Source: a virus. From it: a stretch of 58,083 bases of DNA. The translations under genes and the position numbers were made by a program. The stretch lies in IMG/VR virus record IMGVR_UViG_3300045988_084814; one strand, given 5' to 3'. The notes under the pieces are model-generated. The model was not told the DNA's origin and searched no databases. It worked only from the letters and a program-made list of their open reading frames with translations. Shown one piece after another: positions 13,823 to 23,551 of this stretch (positions within the stretch are counted from its first letter, which is position 1; each line of letters begins with the position of its first letter).

Positions 13823-15031
13823 ATGGCTGATTTGAAAATATTTACAGAAAATATAGAACATGAAGCATTAAATCAGATATATACACTTGTAAAACAGCCA
13901 GCATTTTCGGATTGCAAGATAAGAATTATGCCAGATGTTCATGCAGGAGCAGGGTGTGTTATAGGGTTTACTGCTGATTTAGGAGAAAAAGTAATACCGA
14001 ACATTGTTGGAGTTGACATAGGCTGTGGGATGCTTACTACAAACCTGGGGAATATTGATATTGATTTTGAGAAGCTAGATAACATCATTAGAGAATATGT
14101 TCCAAGTGGTAGAAAAGTTCATGAAGAAGAAAACTCATCTGTCGCAAGCGATATTATTGAAAAATTGAATTGCAAGGAACAGTTGAAAAATATAAATTGG
14201 TTGAAAAGAAGTTGTGGCACGCTGGGAGGCGGCAATCATTTTATCGAAGTTGATAACGATAGCAATAATAATAAATATCTTATTATTCATTCGGGAAGCA
14301 GGAATGTCGGAAAGCAAGTTGCAGAAATATATCAGCAAATGGCGATTGACGATATTTCGGGAAAATCAAACTTTAAACAAGATAGTAAGAAATTGATTGC
14401 TGAATACAAAAAATGCAAAAGAGAAAGAGAAATTAGCAAGGCTATCAAAGAATTAAAGCAGTCCTACGAAGCAAATACAACTAAAATCCCTAGAGAGTTA
14501 TCATATCTTGTTGGAAAACATAGAGAAATGTATTTGCACGATATGAAATTATGTCAAGAGTTTGCGAAAATTAACAGAAGAGCCATTCAGAGCATTATTT
14601 GTTACTATATGGGCTGGAAAGTTACAAAAGAAACGGAACGATTTCAAACAATTCACAACTACATTGAACACGATACAAATATTGTTCGTAAAGGTGCTAT
14701 TTCTGCAAAAACAGGCGAAAAGGTACTAATACCAATAAACATGCGTGACGGTTGCATTTTGGGAATTGGCAAAGGAAATGAAGATTGGAATTATTCAGCA
14801 CCGCATGGAGCAGGGCGAACAATGAGCAGGTCAAAAGCAAAAGAAAGCATTTTGCTAGAAGAGTATCAAAAAGCAATGGATGGAATATTTACAACATCTG
14901 TAAATACATCCACGATTGATGAAAGTCCTATGGCATATAAAACAATGGATGAAATAATTGGAAATATAAAAGATACTGTTGAAATAGTTGACATTATAAA
15001 ACCGATTTACAATTTCAAAGCAAACGAATAA
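13823..15031 (+). CDS. rtcB: RtcB RNA ligase (3'-phosphate/5'-hydroxyl)
   Basis: Motifs present: MPDVHAGAGCVIG, GVDIGCGM, GGGNHFIE, HSGSRNVG, APHGAGR. 402 aa. Confidence 0.9.
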   Translation: MADLKIFTENIEHEALNQIYTLVKQPAFSDCKIRIMPDVHAGAGCVIGFTADLGEKVIPNIVGVDIGCGMLTTNLGNIDIDFEKLDNIIREYVPSGRKVHEEENSSVASDIIEKLNCKEQLKNINWLKRSCGTLGGGNHFIEVDNDSNNNKYLIIHSGSRNVGKQVAEIYQQMAIDDISGKSNFKQDSKKLIAEYKKCKREREISKAIKELKQSYEANTTKIPRELSYLVGKHREMYLHDMKLCQEFAKINRRAIQSIICYYMGWKVTKETERFQTIHNYIEHDTNIVRKGAISAKTGEKVLIPINMRDGCILGIGKGNEDWNYSAPHGAGRTMSRSKAKESILLEEYQKAMDGIFTTSVNTSTIDESPMAYKTMDEIIGNIKDTVEIVDIIKPIYNFKANE

Positions 15032-15097
15032 AAACAATTACCGGCTACAGATTGATTGTAGTCGCTACCCTAAAACAGTTATAGGCAGAGGTCTATA

Positions 15098-15134
15098 AGC
15101 ACCTTTGCTGGAGAAAGCGAGGTGCTTCTTTTTT
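15098..15134 (+). terminator. Terminator-like hairpin whose 3' arm contains the TerL SD
   Basis: Stem AGCACCT/AGGTGCT followed by TCTTTTTT. The TTG start of TerL lies at the end of the T-run. Confidence 0.5.
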
Positions 15135-16890
15135 GGCATCTAAATATCTTAAAGGAACAGTTCAAAGTTATGAAAATTACATAGAGAGAAACGACATTGA
15201 AGAACAGGTAATCGATGCTTACATACAAGCCGTAGCGGTTGCCTTAAGGACAGAACATGATATTGACTACGGATTGAAAATATCAGCAAGAACAAAACAA
15301 CTCATAGCTCAATTTGTTAAAGAACATACAGGCGGCAGAGTTGCAGACCTAGAAGTGTATGCCGGAGAACACGATACGACATACAAAGTGCTTCAACAAT
15401 TCTATGATGTTTTGATGTATGAATCAGCCTATCTTGTGGACAGCTTTTTTTATTACATTGAAATTGATGAAAAAGACCCATATAAAAGATTTTACTTCCC
15501 GAGATATAAAGTGTTACAACCTGTAGTCGGAGCATACCAGGAGATTTATGATGGAAAATTGGATTTTCTGTCGGTATCACAGCCAAAGAGAACAGGAAAA
15601 ACTACAGGCGGTCTGAAATTAGCACAGATGATGGGCGGACGCGACCCGGACGGAAGTATATTCGGTGTTGGAAAAGGCGAAGGACTTGTTAAGAGATTTT
15701 ATGGCGGTCTGTTGCAAGGATTTGAAACAGAAAGCACGTACAACAGATTCTTAAGTGTTTTTCCGGAAGCAACGAAGATAGGCGAAAAGGACTATAAAAG
15801 TGCTGAAAATCTATCAATCGACCTTAAAAGCAAAAATATCTTCCCAACATTTACCTGTAGACCTATTGATGGTGCAATCGTAGGATGTACTGAAGCAAAT
15901 GTGCTTGTTTATATTGATGACTGCGTTAAGAACCATGAAGAAGCACGAAACAGAGACCGCTTAGAGTTCTTATGCGAGAAAGTCACAGATGACGTTTTAG
16001 GACGTAGGCTAGAGGGCACGCCTATTATTATACAAGGAACAAAATACAGCCTATATGACCCTATTACAGCGTTACAGAACAAAGCTGATGAGTTAGGGTG
16101 GCGATGGAGAGAAGTTGCGGTTCCGGCACTTGACCCTATTACAGATGAAAGCAACTGGGAGATTTACCGCAAAGATAAAAAAGGCTTGCGAAAAATATTC
16201 ACAACTGATTATTACCGTAAGGAGCGTAAGCTTGTATCAGAAGAAACATGGGCGGCGGAGTTTCAGCAGGAGCCTTACGAAGCAAAAGGACGTATGTTTG
16301 CAGAAAGCGAGCTTAATTACTTTGAGGAACTTCCTGTTGACAGAGAGCCGGACGCTATTATGGCGGCTTGTGACAGCGCAGATAAAGGCGACGATAGCTG
16401 CTCAATGCCTGTTGGCTACGTTTACGGCAATGAAGTGTACATAGTTGATGTTGTGTTTGACAATGCCGGAACGCAGTTTACCAAGCCGGAATGTGCCAAT
16501 ATGCTTATTAAGCACAACGTAAAGACGGTTACATTCGAGAGTAACAGTGCCGGAGAATATTTTGGTCGAGATGTAATGGACATTGTAAAAGAGCAAGGTG
16601 GAAGGTGTAGCGCGCGGTTCAAATTTAATTGTTCAAACAAAATAACTCGAATGGAAAATGCGAGAGATAATATAATTCGTGATTATTATTTCCGCGATTT
16701 CAAGAAAATGAACAGACAGAGTCAATATTACAAGTTTATGAAAGAACTTACTACTATGACAAGAAGTGGAAAAGTAAAACATGATGATGCACCGGATTCG
16801 GTTGCTTTGTTTGAAAACGAGATGCGAAGCGGAACGCAAGCAAAGGTAGAAGCGACTGTAAATCCTTTTAGTAGCGGTAGGAGGTATTGA
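15133..16890 (+). CDS. terL: Terminase large subunit
   Basis: Walker A-like QPKRTGKT, Walker B-like LVYIDD, C-terminal nuclease motif HDDAPDSVA. TTG start 8 nt after GAGGTG. Confidence 0.85.
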   Translation: MASKYLKGTVQSYENYIERNDIEEQVIDAYIQAVAVALRTEHDIDYGLKISARTKQLIAQFVKEHTGGRVADLEVYAGEHDTTYKVLQQFYDVLMYESAYLVDSFFYYIEIDEKDPYKRFYFPRYKVLQPVVGAYQEIYDGKLDFLSVSQPKRTGKTTGGLKLAQMMGGRDPDGSIFGVGKGEGLVKRFYGGLLQGFETESTYNRFLSVFPEATKIGEKDYKSAENLSIDLKSKNIFPTFTCRPIDGAIVGCTEANVLVYIDDCVKNHEEARNRDRLEFLCEKVTDDVLGRRLEGTPIIIQGTKYSLYDPITALQNKADELGWRWREVAVPALDPITDESNWEIYRKDKKGLRKIFTTDYYRKERKLVSEETWAAEFQQEPYEAKGRMFAESELNYFEELPVDREPDAIMAACDSADKGDDSCSMPVGYVYGNEVYIVDVVFDNAGTQFTKPECANMLIKHNVKTVTFESNSAGEYFGRDVMDIVKEQGGRCSARFKFNCSNKITRMENARDNIIRDYYFRDFKKMNRQSQYYKFMKELTTMTRSGKVKHDDAPDSVALFENEMRSGTQAKVEATVNPFSSGRRY

Positions 16891-16893
16891 TAT

Positions 16894-17316
16894 ATGACAA
16901 CAAAAGACTATCTTAATCAAATCAACAGATTGAATATGCTGATAAATAATAAATTGCTGGAAATTTCACAGTTTAAAGAGCTATCTTGTAGCATTTCAGC
17001 AGTTAAAAACGATGAAAAAGTAATGACAACGCCTAATCAAGACCCAATCGGGACAAGCATAGCAAAATTGGACTATATGGAACGAAAACTTGATAATATG
17101 ATAGACGATTATGTTGACAAGAAAAACTATATTATATCTCAAATTCAAAATATAGAAAATGATGATTACTATGAGATTTTATTTGCAAGATACATTGAAA
17201 AACTGACTTTTGAAAAAATAGCAAATAAGACAGGATGGTGCTGGCGACAAGTTCACAGAATACATTCAAAAGCATTAAAAGAATTTGAAGAAAAATATGG
17301 AGATGAATATTTGTAA
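16894..17316 (+). CDS. Sigma-70 region 4-like HTH regulator (ArpU/DUF1492-like)
   Basis: The C-terminus YYEILFARYIEKLTFEKIANKTGWCWRQVHRIHSKALKEFE is typical of sigma region 4-type phage late regulators. Confidence 0.5.
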   Translation: MTTKDYLNQINRLNMLINNKLLEISQFKELSCSISAVKNDEKVMTTPNQDPIGTSIAKLDYMERKLDNMIDDYVDKKNYIISQIQNIENDDYYEILFARYIEKLTFEKIANKTGWCWRQVHRIHSKALKEFEEKYGDEYL

Positions 17317-17442
17317 GTTGTCATAGAATGTCACATAGCGGATGTGATATTATTATAATTGTAAAAATATTCATATAATATTTCTTTTCGGTGCGCATCA
17401 CTTTTTAACAGGTGGTACGCATTTTTTATGGAGAAAAACAGA

Positions 17443-17634
17443 ATGAAAAGTAAAATGATATATTGTCCTCAATGCAGGCGAAAAGTCGCTACATATGATG
17501 GGCGAGCAACGATAAATAAAATTGCAAAATGCAAAAAATGTAATTTACAAGTTATTTATGATGTTGCAAGGGATGAAACAACAGTTAAGCCGTTACCAAA
17601 AAGAGAAACATCTAGCGGTGCTGTTTTATATTAG
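17443..17634 (+). CDS. Zinc-ribbon hypothetical protein
   Basis: ATG 9 nt after GGAG. Contains CPQC...CKKC. Confidence 0.5.
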   Translation: MKSKMIYCPQCRRKVATYDGRATINKIAKCKKCNLQVIYDVARDETTVKPLPKRETSSGAVLY

Positions 17635-17642
17635 GAGGGAAT

Positions 17643-19106
17643 ATGCGAAATACAAGACCTCTGAGAGATATTATAAAAGGGAATTACGGCAGAAAAGTAT
17701 TATATACTACTGCGGAGACAATAACACAGGACAACATATTAAAGGTTGTCGGTGATGCTATCGGAAATTTCTATTATAACAAAACAATAATAGATTATTT
17801 GTGGCGATATTATAAAGGCGACCAACCGGTATTATACAGAACAAAAGTTGCAAATGATGATATTATAAACAAAATTGTAGAAAATCATGCATATGAGATA
17901 GTGCAATTCAAAGTCGGACAAACTTATGGTGAGCCGGTACAGTTTGTGAGTAGAAAAGATGATGATGCCGTAAATAATGCTGTTGATGAACTTAACGACT
18001 ATATGTCAGATGCAAATAAACAAGAAAAAGACATTAAGTCGGGTGAATGGCAATCGGCAACAGGAACATCATTTAAAGCATTACAGTTTTCAGATGGCGA
18101 CATACCATTCAGAATTGTGTGTCCTACACCCATGAATACTTTTGTTATTTACAATTTAAGTACAGAAGAACCTATGCTTGCGGTACAAGAATTAAAGGAC
18201 TTTGAGGGCAATTATTACAAGTTGTGCTACACAAATACAAACTCATGTATTATTAGAGACGGCGTTGTTTTTGAATGGAAGTTACATGGTTTTGGAAGTA
18301 TTCCTATCGTTGAGTTTCCAAACAATCACGAAAGATTGTCTGATATTGAAATTGTTATTGATATGTTAGATGCAATTAACAATATGCAGTCTAACAGAAT
18401 GGATGGAGTTGAACAGTTTGTTCAGTATTGGGTTAAGTTTATAAATTGCGAGATTGACGAAGAAATATTTGCAAAAATGAAAGAAAGCCATGCACTTGCG
18501 GTCAAGTCGGTCAATAAAGACAATAAATCAGATGTTGACATTATGACGCAAGAACTTAATCAAACACAATGTCAAGTTGCTAAAGATGACTTGTGGGACA
18601 ATACATTATCCATTTTGGCTATACCAAACAAAAATAACAATAACAGTGGCGGCGATACGCAAGGGGCTGTACAGCTAAGAAATGGATGGGACTTTTCTAA
18701 AACTAGAGCAAAGCTAAAAGACCCGATTGTTAAGTCGTCAGAAAAACGGCTTGCTAAAGTAGCTTTAAATATTATTCGTATTAAAGACCATGATTTAGGT
18801 ATAACATTAAGAGATTTTGATGTGCAGATAAATCACAGTCCACAGGATAATATGTACACTAAGGCTCAGACATTGTTACAGCTTTTACAGTGCGGCATAC
18901 ATCCGCTTATAGCTATTAAAACTGTAGGATTGTGGGGAGATGCAGAAAAGACATTCTTACTATCACAGCCGTACATAGATAATTTATGGAAAACTATTGA
19001 TGATATAGAAGCACAGGAACAGAAAGCACAAGAAATAATGCAGCAAAAGAACAGTAGCAATGAAGTAAATAATGATAATAACAAAAATGAAGCAGTTATC
19101 GAGTAA
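17643..19106 (+). CDS. Portal protein (SPP1 gp6-like)
   Basis: 487 aa with SD AGGAGGG. Contains YLWRYYKGDQPVLYR. Lies between TerL and the scaffold gene. Confidence 0.8.
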   Translation: MRNTRPLRDIIKGNYGRKVLYTTAETITQDNILKVVGDAIGNFYYNKTIIDYLWRYYKGDQPVLYRTKVANDDIINKIVENHAYEIVQFKVGQTYGEPVQFVSRKDDDAVNNAVDELNDYMSDANKQEKDIKSGEWQSATGTSFKALQFSDGDIPFRIVCPTPMNTFVIYNLSTEEPMLAVQELKDFEGNYYKLCYTNTNSCIIRDGVVFEWKLHGFGSIPIVEFPNNHERLSDIEIVIDMLDAINNMQSNRMDGVEQFVQYWVKFINCEIDEEIFAKMKESHALAVKSVNKDNKSDVDIMTQELNQTQCQVAKDDLWDNTLSILAIPNKNNNNSGGDTQGAVQLRNGWDFSKTRAKLKDPIVKSSEKRLAKVALNIIRIKDHDLGITLRDFDVQINHSPQDNMYTKAQTLLQLLQCGIHPLIAIKTVGLWGDAEKTFLLSQPYIDNLWKTIDDIEAQEQKAQEIMQQKNSSNEVNNDNNKNEAVIE

Positions 19107-19216
19107 TCGGTAGCTGTTTTTATTTTATAAATTTTGCAGTCATGCGGTAAATGACAGAAAAAACTCGGCAGGGGCAACCTGCGGTAACAAAAGCGTGAGT
19201 TTAACGGAGGTAATTT

Positions 19217-19792
19217 ATGACAAGAGAACAGGCAAAACAAAATCTTATTTCTATTGGAGTTGCAGAACCGACAGACGAACAGATAAGCAGTTATCTTAAT
19301 CAGGTTAATGGCGAAACCCAAAAAGAAAAAGACAAAGCAAATCAGTATAAAGCAAAGGCTGATAAGGCTGACGAGTTGCAAACACAGCTTGATGAAATTG
19401 AAGCAGGAAATCTTACAGAAGTTGAAAAGGTAAATAAAGATTTAGAAGCGGCTAATAATTTGATTGCAAAGTTGCAGAAAGATAATGCGGTCAGAGACCA
19501 AAGAGAAGCCGCCATGACTAATTTTAAGATTACTGCTGAACAGGCAAAGGCAGTTGTTAAAGACGATGGAAGTCTTGACTATACCGAACTTGGAAAGATT
19601 ATGTCCGAAAAAGAAACCGCTGCGGCACAGGCTAAGGAACAGGAGATTGCAAACAATACGACAAATCCGGGCGGTAGCAGTGTAGGCGGCGATAAAGGAA
19701 CTGAAAAACCGGCAGATGTTGAAAATGCCGAAAAGATAACTTTCGGAGAAGCATCAGCCAACAATGAAGCAAAAAATCAATATGTTTTGTAG
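19217..19792 (+). CDS. Scaffolding protein
   Basis: Helical, K/E/A-rich coiled coil of 191 aa, lying directly upstream of the capsid genes. Confidence 0.7.
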   Translation: MTREQAKQNLISIGVAEPTDEQISSYLNQVNGETQKEKDKANQYKAKADKADELQTQLDEIEAGNLTEVEKVNKDLEAANNLIAKLQKDNAVRDQREAAMTNFKITAEQAKAVVKDDGSLDYTELGKIMSEKETAAAQAKEQEIANNTTNPGGSSVGGDKGTEKPADVENAEKITFGEASANNEAKNQYVL

Positions 19793-19802
19793 GAGGTAAA
19801 AC

Positions 19803-20147
19803 ATGGGAAAACCTATTGAAAGAGATTTCACACAAAGTAAAGGAATTTTGAAATTTTTCCCTTATGAGGGAGCGGCTTGTGTTGTGCCACAGTCAATGGC
19901 ATCCGTAGCAGACGCAAACGGACAGAAAATCGTTAAAGCAGGAACACCATTTCCTAGCAATGATAAGGATTGCGTAGGTTATCTGCTTAAAGATGTAGAT
20001 GTAACGCAGGGTGACGCACCGGGAACATATGTATATCAGGGAACTATCGACTGGGAAAAAGTGACGGGACTTTCAATCGCAGATGCGGCTAGAAAGGCAA
20101 CGCCTAGAGTAACTTTTTACGGTGCAACAGCATTAGCAGGCGAATAA
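19803..20147 (+). CDS. Putative head decoration or minor head protein
   Basis: Call is positional (between scaffold and major capsid). SD AGGAGGT. Confidence 0.4.
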   Translation: MGKPIERDFTQSKGILKFFPYEGAACVVPQSMASVADANGQKIVKAGTPFPSNDKDCVGYLLKDVDVTQGDAPGTYVYQGTIDWEKVTGLSIADAARKATPRVTFYGATALAGE

Positions 20148-20165
20148 TAGGAGGTAAATAGAACT

Positions 20166-21260
20166 ATGGCAGCATTACCATTAGCAGAAGCATTTACGGC
20201 GAGAAGTCTTGGCGTAATGTGGAATAACTACGAAAAAACATTAGGTTCTGCCCCTTATCTTGGCAGACAGAAGTTTGGAACAAGAAAACAGGATTCACTT
20301 GACCTTAGATTTATCAAGGGTAAAAGTGGACTTCCAGTATCGTTAAAGGCATCTAACTTTGACGCACAGGCAGAGTTAAGAGATGTAGGTGGTTTCTCTG
20401 ATATTCAGAACGAAATGCCGTTTTATCGTGAATCGTACATGGTTACAGAAAAAGAGGAACAGGAGTACGCAAACTATCAAAATGCCGAAAACTCCAATCT
20501 TGCAAATCAGGTACTTAGAGAAATCAGCAAGAAACCTATGAATCTTATTGAGGGAGCGTTAGTAGTTCCTGAGCGTCAGATTTGGTCTTTGCTTGCCCCA
20601 TCAGATGGTATTCCGAAAATTGATGTACATATTGGCAAAACAAAGTACACAGTTGAATATACATCAGACAGCGGAGCGGCACATAAAAAAGACCATTTTA
20701 TCGAAATTCAGACGCCGGCTGATAAGTGGGACGCACCAACAACAGCAACACCACTGGACGACCTTATACAGGCAAGAAGAACATTTGCAAAGAAAACAGG
20801 TTATTCATTAACAAGATTTACTATGAATACAGAAACTTTCGAGAAACTTCTTGAAGCAGAGGACACAAAGAAGCAGGTGCTTGGCATTGCGGCATATCAG
20901 GGAGGCATCAGGGTACAGCAAGGACAGGTTGTTGATTATCTGAAAGGCTATGGCATTGAGATTGAAGTTTACGACAAACTTTACATCGACCCAGCGGACG
21001 GTCAGACAAAATATTTTGTACCAACTGGTGTTATTTGTGCTCAATCGGGCGGTGTGTACCTCGGAGACTATGTCTTTGGCAGAACTCCTGAGGAAAGAAG
21101 CGGAAGTCTTACAGACGGAAATCTTTCTATTGTGGAAACTGGTATCGCTGTTTACACATATGCTACAAATCATCCTATCAATACTCATTGTGTAGTATCT
21201 ATGATTGGACTGCCTACGTTTGAGGGCATGGACAGTGTTGTAGTAATGAAAGTAATGTAG
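20166..21260 (+). CDS. Major capsid protein (lambda gpE-like family)
   Basis: 364 aa with SD AGGAGGT. The N-terminal pattern and the position match the capsid E family. Confidence 0.75.
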   Translation: MAALPLAEAFTARSLGVMWNNYEKTLGSAPYLGRQKFGTRKQDSLDLRFIKGKSGLPVSLKASNFDAQAELRDVGGFSDIQNEMPFYRESYMVTEKEEQEYANYQNAENSNLANQVLREISKKPMNLIEGALVVPERQIWSLLAPSDGIPKIDVHIGKTKYTVEYTSDSGAAHKKDHFIEIQTPADKWDAPTTATPLDDLIQARRTFAKKTGYSLTRFTMNTETFEKLLEAEDTKKQVLGIAAYQGGIRVQQGQVVDYLKGYGIEIEVYDKLYIDPADGQTKYFVPTGVICAQSGGVYLGDYVFGRTPEERSGSLTDGNLSIVETGIAVYTYATNHPINTHCVVSMIGLPTFEGMDSVVVMKVM

Positions 21261-21270
21261 GAGGTGCTAC

Positions 21271-21495
21271 ATGAAAGTGACACACACTATTAAGTACAAC
21301 GGCAAATGGTATAACGTAGGTCAAGAAGTTCCCGAAGATAAACAGGGGACTTCTTTTGCTTATACCAAAACGGACATAAATCGTATGAGCACTGCCGACT
21401 TACAGGCACTTGCATCTAAAAACGGAATTGTAGATGCTGACAGTTTTAGCGGTGCTGATTTGAAAAGTATGTTGATTGAGAAATTCGATTTGTAG
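21271..21495 (+). CDS. Hypothetical head-module protein
   Basis: 74 aa with SD AGGAGGTG. Contains a SAP/HeH-like segment (STADLQALASKNG). Confidence 0.5.
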   Translation: MKVTHTIKYNGKWYNVGQEVPEDKQGTSFAYTKTDINRMSTADLQALASKNGIVDADSFSGADLKSMLIEKFDL

Positions 21496-21506
21496 GGGGT
21501 AACTGT

Positions 21507-21899
21507 ATGGAATTGAACAAAGTAGAATATACGATTTTAGCACAAGTAAAAATCCGACTTAAACAATTTCATATAGAGACTGTCACAAATGAAGATGATA
21601 CAACAAAGGATGTAGTCGTGTTTGATAACAAAGAAGATGATTTGCTCATTGAACAGCTTATTAAACAGGCTACAGAAGATGTTAAAAACAGGAGAAATTA
21701 CCCCAACAGCTACACAGAAGAAATGATAACAAAGGACTTAAAACAGTTTGAGGGAGTTATCGTCAATCTTGTTGTGTACGACCATTCACAGGCTGGTGAA
21801 GAATTTATGGCGAGTTTCGGTGAAAATGGTGTAAGTCGAACATGGAAAGACAGAGACAGCTTATTTGTCGGGGTATTTCCTTTTGTAAAAATGTTATAA
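21507..21899 (+). CDS. Head-tail connector (gp6-like)
   Basis: DDLLIEQLIKQATEDVKNRRNYP-type motif. The position also fits. Confidence 0.55.
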   Translation: MELNKVEYTILAQVKIRLKQFHIETVTNEDDTTKDVVVFDNKEDDLLIEQLIKQATEDVKNRRNYPNSYTEEMITKDLKQFEGVIVNLVVYDHSQAGEEFMASFGENGVSRTWKDRDSLFVGVFPFVKML

Positions 21900-22012
21900 A
21901 CATTAAAAAGAAGAATGTGCGTTACCATATTCGTGAGGTTACGAAAATGGTAGCAGGCGGCACACAGTAAGGGTGGTGGGCAGTGTGCCAAATTATAGAA
22001 AGGCGGTATAGG

Positions 22013-22318
22013 ATGCAAATAGAAGTTGCAATTCTTATAAGTGTCATATCCGTTACTTTTTCCGTCTATTTTGGATTAAAAAACAACAAACGGACAGATA
22101 CAAAAGAAATCGAAGAACGGGTCAAAGAAAACACCCGTATCAATATGAAGTTAGATAGTATCTTGGAACTAATTAACGAATTAAAAAGCGAGCGTTCAGA
22201 AATGCGAAAAGAATTAGCAGACCATGAAAGTAGAATTACAAAGGTTGAACAAAGTGCAAGTTCAGCACACCATAGGCTTGATGGTTTGGAAGTTCGTATA
22301 AACGATGAAAAGGAGTGA
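22013..22318 (+). CDS. N-terminally membrane-anchored coiled-coil protein (possible lysis accessory, XhlA-like role)
   Basis: TM helix VAILISVISVTFSVYFGL followed by a coiled coil. Lies directly upstream of the holin. Confidence 0.45.
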   Translation: MQIEVAILISVISVTFSVYFGLKNNKRTDTKEIEERVKENTRINMKLDSILELINELKSERSEMRKELADHESRITKVEQSASSAHHRLDGLEVRINDEKE

Positions 22319-22325
22319 TTATTTT

Positions 22326-22529
22326 ATGAGAGATTGGAAACAGTGGACTAAGGCGGCGGCAGTTAGAGCAATCAAAACAGTTGCACAAACAGCGGTCGGA
22401 GTTATCGGTGCAAGCACTGTTGTAAGTTCGGTTGACTGGAAAGTGGTTGTTTCGTCAGCGGTTCTTGCAGGAGTTGTAAGTATTTTAACATCTGTAGCAG
22501 GACTTCCTGAGGTAGAAACAAATGCTTGA
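22326..22529 (+). CDS. Holin (phi LC3 / LL-H-like)
   Basis: 67 aa with two hydrophobic helices and the C-terminal motif LTSVAGLPE. SD AAAGGAG. Confidence 0.6.
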   Translation: MRDWKQWTKAAAVRAIKTVAQTAVGVIGASTVVSSVDWKVVVSSAVLAGVVSILTSVAGLPEVETNA

Positions 22530-23001
22530 TATAAACAAGCAGTCAATGAAGTATTCACGACAAAATGGACGGCGTATCCTAATTTATGAAAAAGACGATG
22601 AGGGCAATATCGTTTATGCGGGTTATACCGACAGTGACGGAAATTTTGTTCCTTATCTTGATGACGAGGGCAATAAAATTCCCAAAATTATCGGTGAAAA
22701 AGCTGTTTTCTCAAAACCTATTGATTTTAGAGCAAACATAACGTTCAGTGGCGGCGAAGCTAAAACAGAAGAGTTCGGCTTTGATGCCGCCGACTATGAC
22801 GCAATAATGTTGACAGATAAAAATGAGTTACCTTTAAAAAAAGGCGACTTAATATGGCTTGATAGTGAAGTAACTTACATTGACGAAGATACAGAAACAG
22901 TTGACGAAATAGTTGACGAAACATCGGCAGATTTTACTATAGTTGGAGTTAAACCGGCTTTAAAGTCAACAAAATATGTGCTTAAAGCGGTCGTAAAGTA
23001 G
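22522..23001 (+). CDS. Putative head-tail joining protein
   Basis: Call is positional. SD GAGGTAG. Confidence 0.45.
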   Translation: MLDINKQSMKYSRQNGRRILIYEKDDEGNIVYAGYTDSDGNFVPYLDDEGNKIPKIIGEKAVFSKPIDFRANITFSGGEAKTEEFGFDAADYDAIMLTDKNELPLKKGDLIWLDSEVTYIDEDTETVDEIVDETSADFTIVGVKPALKSTKYVLKAVVK

Positions 23002-23008
23002 GTGTTTT

Positions 23009-23551
23009 ATGGCAAAGCAAACAATAACACTGGGTTTGTCTCAAAAGTCTGTAGAAAAGGCTTTAAAACAGCTTAGACAGTACAAACAATGGCTTAGAAG
23101 CAAAACTACAGAACTTGTAAAGGCACTTGCGGAAATTGGCATACCTGTTATAGAAACAAATGTCGCTGACGCAAGTTATACATTTGACAGCAAAGGGGTT
23201 AGAAGTGGTTCTAACACCGAACATTATACCTATGTAAAACTTAATAATTTTGGAAGTTATTCACAAGCAAATCTTGTTGTCGAGGGTGAAGAAATTCTTT
23301 TTATTGAGTTTGGGGCTGGTGTTTATTACAACGGCGAAGCAGGAACAAGTCCACATCCAAAAGGGCAGGAATTTGGCTTTTTAATTGGCTCATACGGTGT
23401 CGGTCATGGTGTTCAGAAAGTGTGGGGATATTATGACGAAACAGGAGCACTTGTAATGACGCATGGTGTTGAAGCAACAATGCCTGTTTTAAAGGCATAC
23501 CAAAAAATCATTACTGATTACATCTCAGTAGCAAAGAAGGTGTTCGGATGA
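23009..23551 (+). CDS. Putative neck or tail-completion protein
   Basis: Call is positional. 180 aa. Confidence 0.45.
   Translation: MAKQTITLGLSQKSVEKALKQLRQYKQWLRSKTTELVKALAEIGIPVIETNVADASYTFDSKGVRSGSNTEHYTYVKLNNFGSYSQANLVVEGEEILFIEFGAGVYYNGEAGTSPHPKGQEFGFLIGSYGVGHGVQKVWGYYDETGALVMTHGVEATMPVLKAYQKIITDYISVAKKVFG

Noticed and set aside
16085-16091. CTGATGA hammerhead-core heptamers inside coding regions (also near 11657, 12807 and 30167).
   Set aside because: None has the flanking stem I, a GAAA, stem III or a GUC in the correct register. They lie inside well-supported genes.
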